Part shown: piece by piece, positions 19,197 to 29,102 of the stretch
Layout: each line of letters opens with the position of its first letter
Numbering within the stretch: the first letter of the stretch is position 1
Assembly (NCBI GenBank): GCA_963805625.1
Contig: CAWDVE010000016.1
Span: forward strand, 192,001 to 256,000
Direction of reading: 5' to 3'
DNA: 64,000 nucleotides
Origin: an uncultured Candidatus Rokubacteria bacterium
Lineage (GTDB): Bacteria > Methylomirabilota > Methylomirabilia > Rokubacteriales > DASRDR01
The notes under the pieces: model-generated
What the model was told of the DNA's origin: nothing
The model's database searches: none
What the model saw: the letters and a program-made list of their open reading frames with translations, nothing else
Position numbers and translations under genes: made by a program

Positions 19197-19661
19197 CTAC
19201 CGGCCCTTCACGGTCCAGACGTCGCCGAACGCGTCCGGGGGGATCCGCACCTCGTCGGGCTTCGCGTGGTTGTAGACGTGGCTGGCGGTGCTCACCATCT
19301 GCGTGTCGTCCTCGAGGGACATCCAGCCGTGGTACACGCCGGGAGGCACGACGATGAGCCGGGGCTTCCGGGCGCTCGCGATGACCGTCATCAGGTTCCC
19401 GTGCGTCCGGCTCCCGGCCCGATCGTCCTTGAGCACGAACTTGGCGCTGCCGTGGCTGATGAAGAACCAGTCCCAGAGCTCCTCGTGCTTGTGGAAGGCG
19501 CGGATGGTGCCGCGAGCGGGGTTTCCGACCAGGTAGACCTGACCGAAGCGGTGGACCACGGCATGGGGCTCGGGATTCTCCGCGTGGCGCGCGACCTCCG
19601 TCAGATAGCCCCGGTCATCCTCGTGGGTCACCAGCTCCACTACCTTGACGCCGTCGATCAT
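19197..19661 (-). CDS. rfbC: dTDP-4-dehydrorhamnose 3,5-epimerase family (RmlC-like cupin)
   Basis: MIDGVKV...HEDDRGYL, IRAFHKH, VPPGVYHGW. Confidence 0.8.
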   Translation of the reverse strand: MIDGVKVVELVTHEDDRGYLTEVARHAENPEPHAVVHRFGQVYLVGNPARGTIRAFHKHEELWDWFFISHGSAKFVLKDDRAGSRTHGNLMTVIASARKPRLIVVPPGVYHGWMSLEDDTQMVSTASHVYNHAKPDEVRIPPDAFGDVWTVKGR

Positions 19662-19692
19662 CGCTCGTTCACTCCGCTGCTGATGTGGCCGC

Positions 19693-21080
19693 CTACTCCC
19701 GAAGCCCATGCGTCGCCGTCCGGAAGCCTCGCGGGAAGAACCAGTTCAGGACTCTGCCAAGCGCTGGACGAGGCGTAGGGAGCACGCCTGCGCAGCGTGT
19801 TCCACATGGCGACATTCCCGTCCGCTCTGGTAGGATCTGGCGTAGTGCAGGCTGGTCAGCACCACGTAGTCGGGACGGCGGTGGGCGATGACGGCCGGCA
19901 TCGCCCGTACTCGAGAGGTTCATCACCCGTCGGCCCTTCGGCGTCGGCAGGTACCACTCGGCGCCACCGTGAGGACATCGTGTCCTCGCGACGCGCGACT
20001 GGAGCCACCGCTGGGCTTTGAGTCGTGTATGTTGGTGAATCGGGCGGTGGTGGAGACCGTGAAGGCGCACGGTGTAGGCGAGCACCAGGCGAGCCCGACG
20101 CCCGTTCAGCGCCGGACGCGGACAGCGGGCGCCGTCAGGCATGCGCAGCGCCAGCGCGAGCGCCATCAGGAGCACTGGCTCGAACGGCAGGTAGTACCGG
20201 ATCGGGACGAACTTCCAGCTGCCATGACGCCAGGTAGAACGCCGCGTACCCGAACGGCACGATCAAGATGCGCCGCTACTGGACCGCGCAGTAGATCAGG
20301 CTGCTAAGCAGCGCCGCGTAGAGCGTAACGCCGAAGCTGAAGGGGAACGCGGCGCCGAACTGGTACACGTAGGGCTTGTACTGCCAGCCAGTGGGCCACA
20401 GGTTGAAGTCGTAGTCGAGGTCGTGGACGCGCGTACATCTCGTGCTGGAAGGCCTTCCAGGTCGCCTGCGCTTGAGGAACATTGTGGCGACGCGATAATA
20501 CCGCCAGCAACGCGCGCATGCCAAGGCGCACGCGCAGACTTGCCGGCGCAGACACGCGCTCCAGAGGGCGTAGCGCAGCTACATGATCGCGACGGTGGAA
20601 ATGCTTCATTAATTCGTGCGGTGGCAACTCCGCAACGCGACGCGAGGATGATCTGAGCAATGGGCGCTGGTACGTGCCACGGCGGCGTACGCTTGCAGTC
20701 ATCAGAACGTCAGCATGACGTGTGATGACTGTAGACGTAATACCAAAGGCGCGCCGCAAGGCGCCGGCCCCACGGCGGGCACGGTTCGAGCACCGCACGG
20801 TCAAGATCACGAAGTATACGGGCGCTTTCGCTCGACGCCGGGTCGGGCTCTTCCCCGACCCGGCGCGGGGAGGCTGGGACCAGCACGCAGATCTCGTAGA
20901 AGAGCCCGCCGTAGAAGTACGCGCCGGATCTAGATGCTGCCAGCTCATCTGGGACACGATCGTCAGCACCGTGTTCTCGTCCGGGTTTAAGTCGATCCGT
21001 TCGGGCAAGCCCCACCGAAGCCCGTAGATCCGCAGGGCCAGCGCCCCGAGCAGGATGGCGGGAGCAGATCCGGTTCCCAC
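19693..21080 (-). pseudogene. Heavily indel-disrupted ArnT/PMT-like (GT-C) membrane glycosyltransferase; probably intact in vivo
   Basis: Fragments in shifting frames: ALALRIYGLRWGLP..LNPDE, YFYGGL, YVYQFGAAFPFSFG, FVRYYLP, PDYVVLTSLHY. Confidence 0.55.
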
Positions 21081-21251
21081 CTGGAACGAGGGTGGCGCTG
21101 CGAGGTCGTGGTCAGCGCGGTGCGCCGGCGGCTCGTGGCGCCGGCCTTGCCGTTGTGGTTGGGCGTGGCGTCAGGTTGGCTCGACGGGGGAATGCTAGCG
21201 CCTGCGGCGCGACGCCCGCGCGGTAGATGGATTGCGATCCGCTGGATCGGC

Positions 21252-21840
21252 TCAGCCTTGCCGAGGTGTGACGTGAGAGACGTTGACCATCCGCGCGGCG
21301 CGCAGGCTGTCGAGCTGCTCGGAATGGGGTGCGATTCTCGAATGGCGTCGAGGAGCTCTGCAGGTGGCGTTGCCACGACGTGTTTAGCTTGGCCAGGGCT
21401 GGATCTCGATCGTGGTGGCGATGGGCTCACCGTGGCGCGCGAACACATGGACGACACCTGGCCTGATATGGTGTTGTTGATGAGCAGGTACGTGCGTGCC
21501 GAGGATCTCGAGATACAGGTAACCCTGCCACTGGGTCCAGGAGGTGTGGAGGTTGGCACGCGTATCGGAGTTCTGCAACAGCCCGAAGGCGTTGTCCCGC
21601 ACTCACTGCGCGCTGATCCGCACTGTGCCGTCCGGCGCTCCTCGCAAGATGAGGTGTGCGCGAGCATCCTGGCCTTGATGAACTTGCACCCATGAACCAG
21701 CGGCAGATCGAGCAGGTGCACGCTGTTGTCGATGAGCGTCTCCCGCCCGACTGCGCATATCAGGTTCATATGTTCTTGCGAAGCGATCGGATCGCGTGAA
21801 GGTATGAACGGCTGTGCTGATCCGGCTCGGACGAGCATCG
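21252..21840 (-). pseudogene. Garbled C-terminal half of a Gfo/Idh/MocA oxidoreductase
   Basis: Fragments TLIDNSVHLLDL, DNAFGLLQ, LHTSWTQWQGYLYLEILGT, ELLDAIRE match the Gfo/Idh/MocA C-terminal domain. Confidence 0.5.
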
Positions 21841-21876
21841 GGCGGGATAATCTCGTGAGAATTGTCGCGCCAACGC

Positions 21877-22351
21877 ATGTTGTATTTAATTGTATATTGT
21901 TGTGAATTATTTTGTGATTATGAAAGTTTTTTATTATTATATTAAATTTGGCGGCGGTTCAGAGCACCGCCGGCAAGATCCGGAGTATATTATGGCGCAT
22001 AGATCCGGATGTCGTGTGGTTTATCGATCCGGCGCGGGAGGCTATAAAAATGAAAATATATAGATAAAATGTTATTAAGAATTAAAAATAATAAGTTTTA
22101 GTAAATAATAATTTAATGAAATAAATAAATAAGTATTTTTTATAATAAAAAATAAAATTTATTTTAAATATTATTAAATGTATGTAATTAAAAATTGTAA
22201 AGATAGATTTTAAAATAGTTGGTATATATATAAAGTGTAAGATGAATATTATGAATAAAAGAGTGTATAGATATGTTATGAATATAAGTTAATGTATATA
22301 AGAAATTTAATTTAAAAAATAAATTAAAAAATGTATAGGTTTAAAAATTTT
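21877..22351. other. Extremely AT-rich low-complexity segment lacking cytosine on the + strand; probable base-calling artefact
   Basis: 21877-21951 and 22043-22351 contain no C; both flanks are error-ridden. Confidence 0.7.
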
Positions 22352-23385
22352 CGGCTGACGCGCGAGCAGGACGGGTTAAGGCTTTGGCGGTCGGATCAAC
22401 GCGCGGATGTTCTGGTTTTCAACGGAGCGGAATCACGAACTATACCTCTTGATCTGCATGAGTTAGCGTCGGCGCTAACGAATAATCCGAAGTGATTTTT
22501 TCTCGCGCTTCTCTCGGATGGACGGCAGATTGTGTTTCTCCGGAGCCAGCGGGAGTGGGTAGCTTTGCGATTGAGCGCATGGGATGTCTTTGTATCAACG
22601 TGACGGCTCAGGAGAGCAGCGGATCGCGACGGAGGCTATCATGACTTGGACAATGGACGGCGGTTGTATTCTCCGTGGTACGCGGTGTTTCGCTTCGATG
22701 TTTGATGCAAGAGTCTGTTGTTGATGTTGAGAATGAATTAGCGGAATCAAGGAGTTCGGCGACTCGAGTTTCACGACGGCAGCTGGCATTTCTTGCGTAC
22801 TTCAAAGCGCTTAATTCGCGACAGTTCTAGGGGGCGCTGTGTTTGATCTCGACACGCACAGCTATCCTTCTGACGATGTGCAGGCCTGCAAACGATGTGG
22901 GCACCGACGCAGCGATTGTATGGGTGGAGACTGGAGGTCGCGGCGGACGCGAATGATGACCGGAGCTGAGGATGATCGCAGGTTTTCATGGATCTCCAGG
23001 CGTATACAGTCACGAGTACTTTCGAAGCTCTCGAACGATGGAGTTGGCTATCTGGGGTGCGGCGCGAAGGTCACGAGCACGACGGCGGACTACGAGATTT
23101 TGTGTGGGAGGTCGGACGCGTGAGCGTCGTGCCTACGCCAAGGAACGATCAGTGGCCGACTCACATGAAGCGCTGACTACGCAACTCGGTGGTAAGAGTT
23201 CGTGGAGCCAGTCGGCGCGGGACCATCTCAAGGGCGCAGATGTGCGCGAAGCCGCGAACCGGGGCGTGCTTAAAGCCATCGCGTGTAGGCGCCAGACGGC
23301 TCTCTAGGAGCGGACGATTTAATGCGATAGGACGCGGCAATCGCGCTAGAGCGACACGCGCTGACAGCAATTCCACTACTCCGTT

Positions 23386-24426
23386 TCAGACGCGCGCCAG
23401 CCGGCGGAGCCATCCATAGGACATGAGGTGGTCGGACAGGAAGGTCTTGAGGTAGTCGGTCGGCACCTTCATGACCTGATGGCGCCAGATGCGGTCGCAC
23501 GTGTAGCAGGGCAGCTCCTTCGGAATGTCCCCCTTCGCCATCTTGGCGCGCAGGTCCACCAGCCGGGCGTCGTTCCAGATCTCGCGGAGCGGCTTCTGCT
23601 TGAGATCGCCCATGCCCAGCTTCCCGAAGAAGTCCTGGGGACATGCGACGACCGTACCGTCCCAGTAAACGGACGTGGAATACCAGAGGAACGTGCACGG
23701 CGTGAACCGCCGTCCGTCGGCGAGGAGCGCCTCGCGCGAGAGATCGGGCACGAAGACGTCGCCCGCCCAGTTGTGCGGGGTGCGCAGGATCACGCGATCG
23801 AGCGGCAAACCCTTGAAATTGTCGAGGAACGCGCGCCGGAGGCGCTTGAGCTCGGGCTTCGGCGGCGCGCCGATCTCCATGACCTGCAGCACGGTCAAGG
23901 GATTCTTGGCGCCGAGATCGCGCTTCAGGCGCAGGAACCCCTTGAGATGATCGAGCGCCCATTCGAACTTGGCCCCGACCCGGTTCTTCTCGTACATGTC
24001 CTTCTCGTACCCGTCGAACGAGCACGAGAGAAAGTCGAGGCCGGACTCGATCAGCGCCCGTCCCTTCTTCTCGTTGAGCAGCGTGATGTTGGTGTGGACG
24101 CGAGTGTAGAGGCCCTTGTCCCGGGCGTAAGCGACCATGTCGGCGAGCCGCGGGTGCATGAGCGGTTCCCCGCGATGGAAGAGGTTCACGTCGTAGGCGT
24201 GGTCCTTGACCTGGTCGATGATCGAGGTGAAGAGCCCGAAGTCCATGAACCCGTGGTCTTCCTTGACCACGTCCTTGTTCGGGCAGTAGCCGCACTTGAG
24301 GTTGCAGCGGCTTGTCGATTCGATCCAGAGCCGAACCGGAAGCTGGGGGACCGTGGCCGCGCCCGTCCGGTAGGCCCAGAAGATGCGAGCCAGGCGGCCC
24401 ATGTGACGAAACTTCCGCCCGTCCAT
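23386..24426 (-). CDS. Radical SAM protein with C-terminal SPASM/Twitch domain
   Basis: CNLKCGYC, GEPLMHP, C..LW....VYWDGTVVAC..D...GDL....LREIWN...PCYTC. Confidence 0.9.
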   Translation of the reverse strand: MDGRKFRHMGRLARIFWAYRTGAATVPQLPVRLWIESTSRCNLKCGYCPNKDVVKEDHGFMDFGLFTSIIDQVKDHAYDVNLFHRGEPLMHPRLADMVAYARDKGLYTRVHTNITLLNEKKGRALIESGLDFLSCSFDGYEKDMYEKNRVGAKFEWALDHLKGFLRLKRDLGAKNPLTVLQVMEIGAPPKPELKRLRRAFLDNFKGLPLDRVILRTPHNWAGDVFVPDLSREALLADGRRFTPCTFLWYSTSVYWDGTVVACPQDFFGKLGMGDLKQKPLREIWNDARLVDLRAKMAKGDIPKELPCYTCDRIWRHQVMKVPTDYLKTFLSDHLMSYGWLRRLARV

Positions 24427-24433
24427 CCGGCTG

Positions 24434-24442
24434 AGTATAGCA
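24434..24442 (-). promoter_or_regulatory. Extended -10 element (TGCTATACT) of a probably leaderless promoter
   Basis: Identical to the motif at 1069; 7 nt upstream of the ATG at 24426. Confidence 0.55.
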
Positions 24443-24469
24443 GACGGGCTTGGAGCGCCCGCCGTGTGA

Positions 24470-27250
24470 TCAGGGCGCGGGGCGGATGACCTCGACGCGG
24501 CCGAGCTCGAGGGTCGTGTCGAGGGTCGGCAGAATCCCGCGCCACCACCGGTGGAGGCGCCAGCCGGATCCAGGGCTCCAGAGTCCAGCGACCAGCCGGT
24601 ACCGCCCGGCGGTCGCGTTCGGGGGCACCGGGATCCGTCGCTGGATGCTCATGTGCTGCGGCGCGACGCCGAGCTCGGGCAGGAAGCCGGCCAACGGATA
24701 GTCGTCTCCGAAGCGGGTCCCTTGGTGGTCAGGCCGGCTGTCGGCACGAAGGTGCACCCAGACCATCAGACGTGCCCAGGGCGCCCGGTAGAGGCGCCAG
24801 TGGGTCGTGAGCTCCACGGTCTCGCCGGCCCGGAGCGGGTCTGGCCGGACGTCGTAGCCCACGAGCTCGGCCTGGCCGCCCATCAGGGCGCCGACCGGCC
24901 GTGCCGGCGCGAGTGCCGCGTCCGCCTCGGCGGAGAGCCGGGCCGCTTCCCGGGCGTCACCGTCCGCTGCGGCGAGACGGGCGCGGAGCCGCCAGAGCTC
25001 GACGTGGACCCGTTCCGGCCCGAGGGCTCGCGTCGCGTCGGCGTAGGCACCCCGCGCGTCGGTGGGGAGCCCGAGGGTCGCGAGCCGCGCGGCGTACTCG
25101 AGCGGGGACCGGACGCTCACCCGGAGCAGGGTGGTTAGCCGCGCGGCTGCCTCGTAGCCAGCCGGATCGTCCGGGCCGCGACGCATCGCCTCGTGGTAAC
25201 GCAGGAGCGCCGGCCCCGTCTGTCCCGCATCCTCGAGTCGGCGGCCCTCGTGCACGAGCGCGGCGGCGGCGTCGGGCGGGGACCCCGGAGGCGCGGGGCT
25301 CAGCAGGAACAGCTCCGCCACGCTCCAGCGTCCGGGCGGCCCCTTCTCGACGAGTCGGACGCGCCGGGTGACCACCGGCACGAAGCGCACGGTCAGCGTC
25401 CGGCTCGCCGTGATCCGGATCGCGCCGTTCTCCCAGTGGGCCGCGACACCCTGGGGGGCGAGCGCGGCCACCGCGCTGAGCCCGGCGCCGGCACTCTCGG
25501 CCATCACCACCAGGTCGTCCGGGACGCGCTCGGCGCGGTCGTTCACGAGCGTTACCCCGCTCACCAGACGCTCGGCACCGAGGTCCACCTCGACCCAGGC
25601 AGAGCCCTCCGGGCCCCGGGCGCTCGACCACCCGGTGTCGAGCTTCGCGTCGAGCAGGCTAGCGGCCTCGCCGCGGCCCGCGCTTGTGCGGACGGTGAAG
25701 GCCGAGCGAGCCAGCGATCGGACCTCGGGCGGCGGCGTGAAGTCGTGAAAGATGTGGTACTCGCCGGCCACGTCCTCTCGGGCCGTGATCCGCGTCGCCT
25801 CCAGCCAGGCGCGGAAGGTCTCGACACCCGCCTGGACCACGTACGCGGGCCGAGGCGACCGGTCGACCGCCAGCGTGTGGGGGGGATGGCGGTCGTTGAA
25901 CGGCTGGGCCACGATGATCTCCCCCTGGGCCTCGAAGGTGAGCCGAGGAGCCAGCCAGTAGTCGAAGGCGTAAGCCTTTCGTAGATCCATCGCGCGGAGC
26001 CACTCGAAGAGCCGCGCATCGGCCTCGCGCTCCTGCCGATACCGAAGCCGGGCCTCGGGCCTGAGCGCCGTGACGTCGGGAGCCAGATCCATCCCGACGG
26101 CGAGAAGGTACGCCGCCACCCACACGATCGTGCCGGCCCGCGTCCAGCGCCACGTCAGCTGGGCCGCGCGCGCGAGCACGAGCGCGAGCAGGGGGACCAG
26201 GGGCAGGAGGTAGCGCGGGACGCGGATGTACCCGCCGTACCAGACCACGCCGAGGGTAACGGCGATCCCGATGAGGAGGAGTGCCTCGCCGGCTAGCGGG
26301 GCGTCGCGACGGAGGCGTCCGATTCCCGCGACGACCCGGGCCAGGAGGAGCAGGACGGCGCCGCCCACTATCAACGGGATCGTCCAGGCGAGCAGGCCGG
26401 GCAGATGGGAGGGCTGGTCCGTGCCGGATCGGACCCCGAGGACGACCGGAAGCAGATCGACGGCCAGGATCCGCGCGGACTCGTGCCCCGAGAGGTGCCC
26501 CTGGAAGCGCGCGCCGGTCGCCACCGTCGCCCAGTCGTGGGTGAGGTTGTAGACCCAGAAGGGCAGGCTCCCGAGGAGGAACGCGCCGACGCCGAGCCAC
26601 GCCGCTCGCCGGAACGGCAAGCCCGGTTCCACCAGGAGCAGGGCCACCAGGGCGGGGATGAGCGCGTCCACGATCTGGAAGTTGAAGTAGAGACCCAGTC
26701 CCCCGGCGAGGCCCATGGCGATCGCGACCCGGCACCGCACTGGCTCGGAGAGCGGCCGGGCGAGCCAGAGCCCGGCGCCGAGGAGCACGACCTGGCCGAC
26801 GAGCAGATGCTCGACATAGTACGACCGGGCCAGGGTGTAGTTCGCCGCGACGTACGCCGACACCACGGTGGTGAAGAGAACGCCCAGGAGGCCGGCCCCG
26901 CGGCCGAAGAGGACGAGCCCGGTGCGGTAGACGGCCAGAGCGAGCGCGACCGTGCCGAGCGCCGGAACCAGATCGAGGACCTGGCGCGAGATCCCGAAGA
27001 GGAAGAAGAGGGGGGCGGCGGTGTACGACTCCGGGACCCCGGCGTGGTCCTGCATCCAGAAGAAGATGGGGAACTCACCCCGGAGCACGTAGACGCCCAT
27101 GAGACCGGTGATCGCCTGGTCGGCGTCGAGCCGGGGGAAGGCCAGGTAGAGCGCCAAGAGGAGCCCGAGCAACCCGAAGAGCGCCCAGAAACACCAGTCG
27201 CGCGCGGGGCGGGGCTGGGCTCCGCCCGGCGCCAGGCCGCCCGCGCTCAC
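24470..27250 (-). CDS. ArnT/PMT-like GT-C membrane glycosyltransferase with discoidin domain, TPR-like helices and C-terminal beta domain
   Basis: LDADQAITGLM loop after TM1, many TMs, PRYLLP; LLDAKLDTGWSS..WVEVDLG..WSVAEL discoidin; AELVGYD..ELTTHW..GRYRL.AGLW. Confidence 0.75.
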   Translation of the reverse strand: MSAGGLAPGGAQPRPARDWCFWALFGLLGLLLALYLAFPRLDADQAITGLMGVYVLRGEFPIFFWMQDHAGVPESYTAAPLFFLFGISRQVLDLVPALGTVALALAVYRTGLVLFGRGAGLLGVLFTTVVSAYVAANYTLARSYYVEHLLVGQVVLLGAGLWLARPLSEPVRCRVAIAMGLAGGLGLYFNFQIVDALIPALVALLLVEPGLPFRRAAWLGVGAFLLGSLPFWVYNLTHDWATVATGARFQGHLSGHESARILAVDLLPVVLGVRSGTDQPSHLPGLLAWTIPLIVGGAVLLLLARVVAGIGRLRRDAPLAGEALLLIGIAVTLGVVWYGGYIRVPRYLLPLVPLLALVLARAAQLTWRWTRAGTIVWVAAYLLAVGMDLAPDVTALRPEARLRYRQEREADARLFEWLRAMDLRKAYAFDYWLAPRLTFEAQGEIIVAQPFNDRHPPHTLAVDRSPRPAYVVQAGVETFRAWLEATRITAREDVAGEYHIFHDFTPPPEVRSLARSAFTVRTSAGRGEAASLLDAKLDTGWSSARGPEGSAWVEVDLGAERLVSGVTLVNDRAERVPDDLVVMAESAGAGLSAVAALAPQGVAAHWENGAIRITASRTLTVRFVPVVTRRVRLVEKGPPGRWSVAELFLLSPAPPGSPPDAAAALVHEGRRLEDAGQTGPALLRYHEAMRRGPDDPAGYEAAARLTTLLRVSVRSPLEYAARLATLGLPTDARGAYADATRALGPERVHVELWRLRARLAAADGDAREAARLSAEADAALAPARPVGALMGGQAELVGYDVRPDPLRAGETVELTTHWRLYRAPWARLMVWVHLRADSRPDHQGTRFGDDYPLAGFLPELGVAPQHMSIQRRIPVPPNATAGRYRLVAGLWSPGSGWRLHRWWRGILPTLDTTLELGRVEVIRPAP

Positions 27251-27948
27251 CGCCGGGCCAGCCGGAGCCGGAACACCGAGGCGAGGTACGTCCAGAGGTA
27301 CGCGGAGAAGCGGGTCTTGGACTCGCCCCCCTTTCGGAACCGGTAGACCGTCGGGATCTCCAGCACGCGGCCGCCCTCGCGGACCACGTGGTGCAGGAGC
27401 CGGATGGCGTAGTCGCCATAGCCGTAGAACACGGCCTCGGGGGTGAGCCCGCGAAGCAGCGTCGGTCGGAAGGCGAGGTAGCCGGAAAGGTTGTCGTGGA
27501 TGCGCAGTCCGAGCACCATGCGGATCAGAATGTTGAAGGCGTAGGAGCCCCAGTAGCGGAACCGCGACGTGAGCATGCCACCCCCGAGGACGTAGCGGGA
27601 GCCAATCACCACGTCGAACTCCTCAACGCAGCGGACCATCAGTGGCAGGAGGGCGGGATCGTGGTTGCCATCGGAGTCCATGACCACCACGACGTCGCCG
27701 CGCGCCTCCCGGATGCCCCGGTAGATCGCGCTCGCGAGGCCCCGCTCGTCTCGCCGAACGACAACGCGCACGGCCGGGTCGCCCTTGAAGGTGGATTCGA
27801 CGTGCGCCGCCGTGCCGTCCGGTGACGCGTCGTCCACGACCAGGACCTCCAGGTCCAGACCGGCCCGGCGGGCGACCGCCAGGATCTCGGCGACCAGCTC
27901 GCCGATTCCCTCGCGCTCGTTGTAGGTGGGCAGGACGACGGAGACCAT
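27247..27948 (-). CDS. GT2 polyprenol-phosphate glycosyltransferase (DPM1-like)
   Basis: VVLPTYNE, VVDDASPDGT, MDSDGNHDP, GSRY, R..GESK. Confidence 0.88.
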   Translation of the reverse strand: MVSVVLPTYNEREGIGELVAEILAVARRAGLDLEVLVVDDASPDGTAAHVESTFKGDPAVRVVVRRDERGLASAIYRGIREARGDVVVVMDSDGNHDPALLPLMVRCVEEFDVVIGSRYVLGGGMLTSRFRYWGSYAFNILIRMVLGLRIHDNLSGYLAFRPTLLRGLTPEAVFYGYGDYAIRLLHHVVREGGRVLEIPTVYRFRKGGESKTRFSAYLWTYLASVFRLRLARR

Positions 27949-28007
27949 GGGGACTCGGCTCAGCTCTGGTGCGCGGCCATCGGCGGGTGATGGGTTCTCG
28001 GCGGTTC

Positions 28008-29102
28008 TCAGTCCGAGGAGAGCACCCGCAGCGCATCGCACACCGTGGTGATCTCCTCGAGTGACAGGCCCGTGCCGGAGGGCAGGTTGATCCCGCGCGC
28101 CCCGAGCGACGTGGCCACCGGGAACGGGGTGTCCATGTGGTACGGGGGCAGCTCGTGGAGCGGCACGAAGAAGGGGCGGGAGTCGACGCCGCGAGCCCGG
28201 AGGCCCGCGATGACGGCCTCCCGGCTCGATCCGAACGCCGGCTCGATCAGGACGGAGTACATCCAGTACACGCTCTCCGCCCAGGGCTCCGCCGGTGGCG
28301 GCGTGAGCCCGGAGATCCCGGCGAGGCCGGTCTCGTAGGCCCCCGCGATCGCCTTCCGCCGCGCGAGGATGGCATCCGCCTGCTCGAGCTGGGCGCAGCC
28401 GATCGCCGCCTGGATGTTGGTCATGCGGTAGTTGAAGCCGATCTCCGGATGGTAGTACCGGCGGCGGGGATCCATGGCGTGGTCTCGCAGGAATGCTGCG
28501 CGCTCGGCGAGTGCCGGGTCGTTGGTCACGACCATGCCACCCTCGCCGGTCGTGATGATCTTGTTCCCGTAGAAGGAGAAGGCGCCGATCCGCCCGAGCG
28601 CCCCGACCCGCTGCCCCTTGTAGCGCGCCCCGTGGGCCTCGGCGGCGTCCTCGACGATGTCCAGTCGATGCTCGGCCGCCATGGCGAGGAACGGATCCAT
28701 GTCCACGGGGTGCCCGTAGAGGTGGACCGGGATGACGGCCCGGGTCCGCGCCGTGAGCTTCCGCCGCGCGTCAGCCGCGTCCATCCCCCACGTCCGCGGG
28801 TCGGAATCCACCAGCACGGGCGTCGCTCCGGTGTAGCGGACGACGTTGGCCGTCGAGACGAAGGTCAGGTCCGGGACCAGCACCTCGTCACCCGGGCCGA
28901 TGCCGAGCGTCGCCAGGCAGAGGTGAAGCGCCGTGGTGCCGTTCGACGTCGCCACGGCGTGGAGGGCCTCGCAGAAGGTGGCGAAGTCGCGCTCGAAGCG
29001 CCCGACGTACTGCCCGAGCGAGGAGATCCAGCCCGAGTCGACGCAGTCGAGGACGTAGCGCCGCACGTTCTCGGAGAGCCAGGGGGCGAAGACGGGAATC
29101 AT
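28008..29102 (-). CDS. DegT/DnrJ PLP aminotransferase, perosamine-synthase-like
   Basis: SGWISSLG, NGTTALHL, EDAAEAHGA, SFYGNKIITTGEGGM, GFNYRMTNIQAA, NLPS. Confidence 0.9.
   Translation of the reverse strand: MIPVFAPWLSENVRRYVLDCVDSGWISSLGQYVGRFERDFATFCEALHAVATSNGTTALHLCLATLGIGPGDEVLVPDLTFVSTANVVRYTGATPVLVDSDPRTWGMDAADARRKLTARTRAVIPVHLYGHPVDMDPFLAMAAEHRLDIVEDAAEAHGARYKGQRVGALGRIGAFSFYGNKIITTGEGGMVVTNDPALAERAAFLRDHAMDPRRRYYHPEIGFNYRMTNIQAAIGCAQLEQADAILARRKAIAGAYETGLAGISGLTPPPAEPWAESVYWMYSVLIEPAFGSSREAVIAGLRARGVDSRPFFVPLHELPPYHMDTPFPVATSLGARGINLPSGTGLSLEEITTVCDALRVLSSD

Noticed and set aside
21877-22351. AT island as replication origin, CRISPR leader or horizontally acquired DNA
   Set aside because: No DnaA boxes, repeat-spacer array, cas or mobility genes seen; flanks are error-ridden and the total lack of C is implausible for natural DNA
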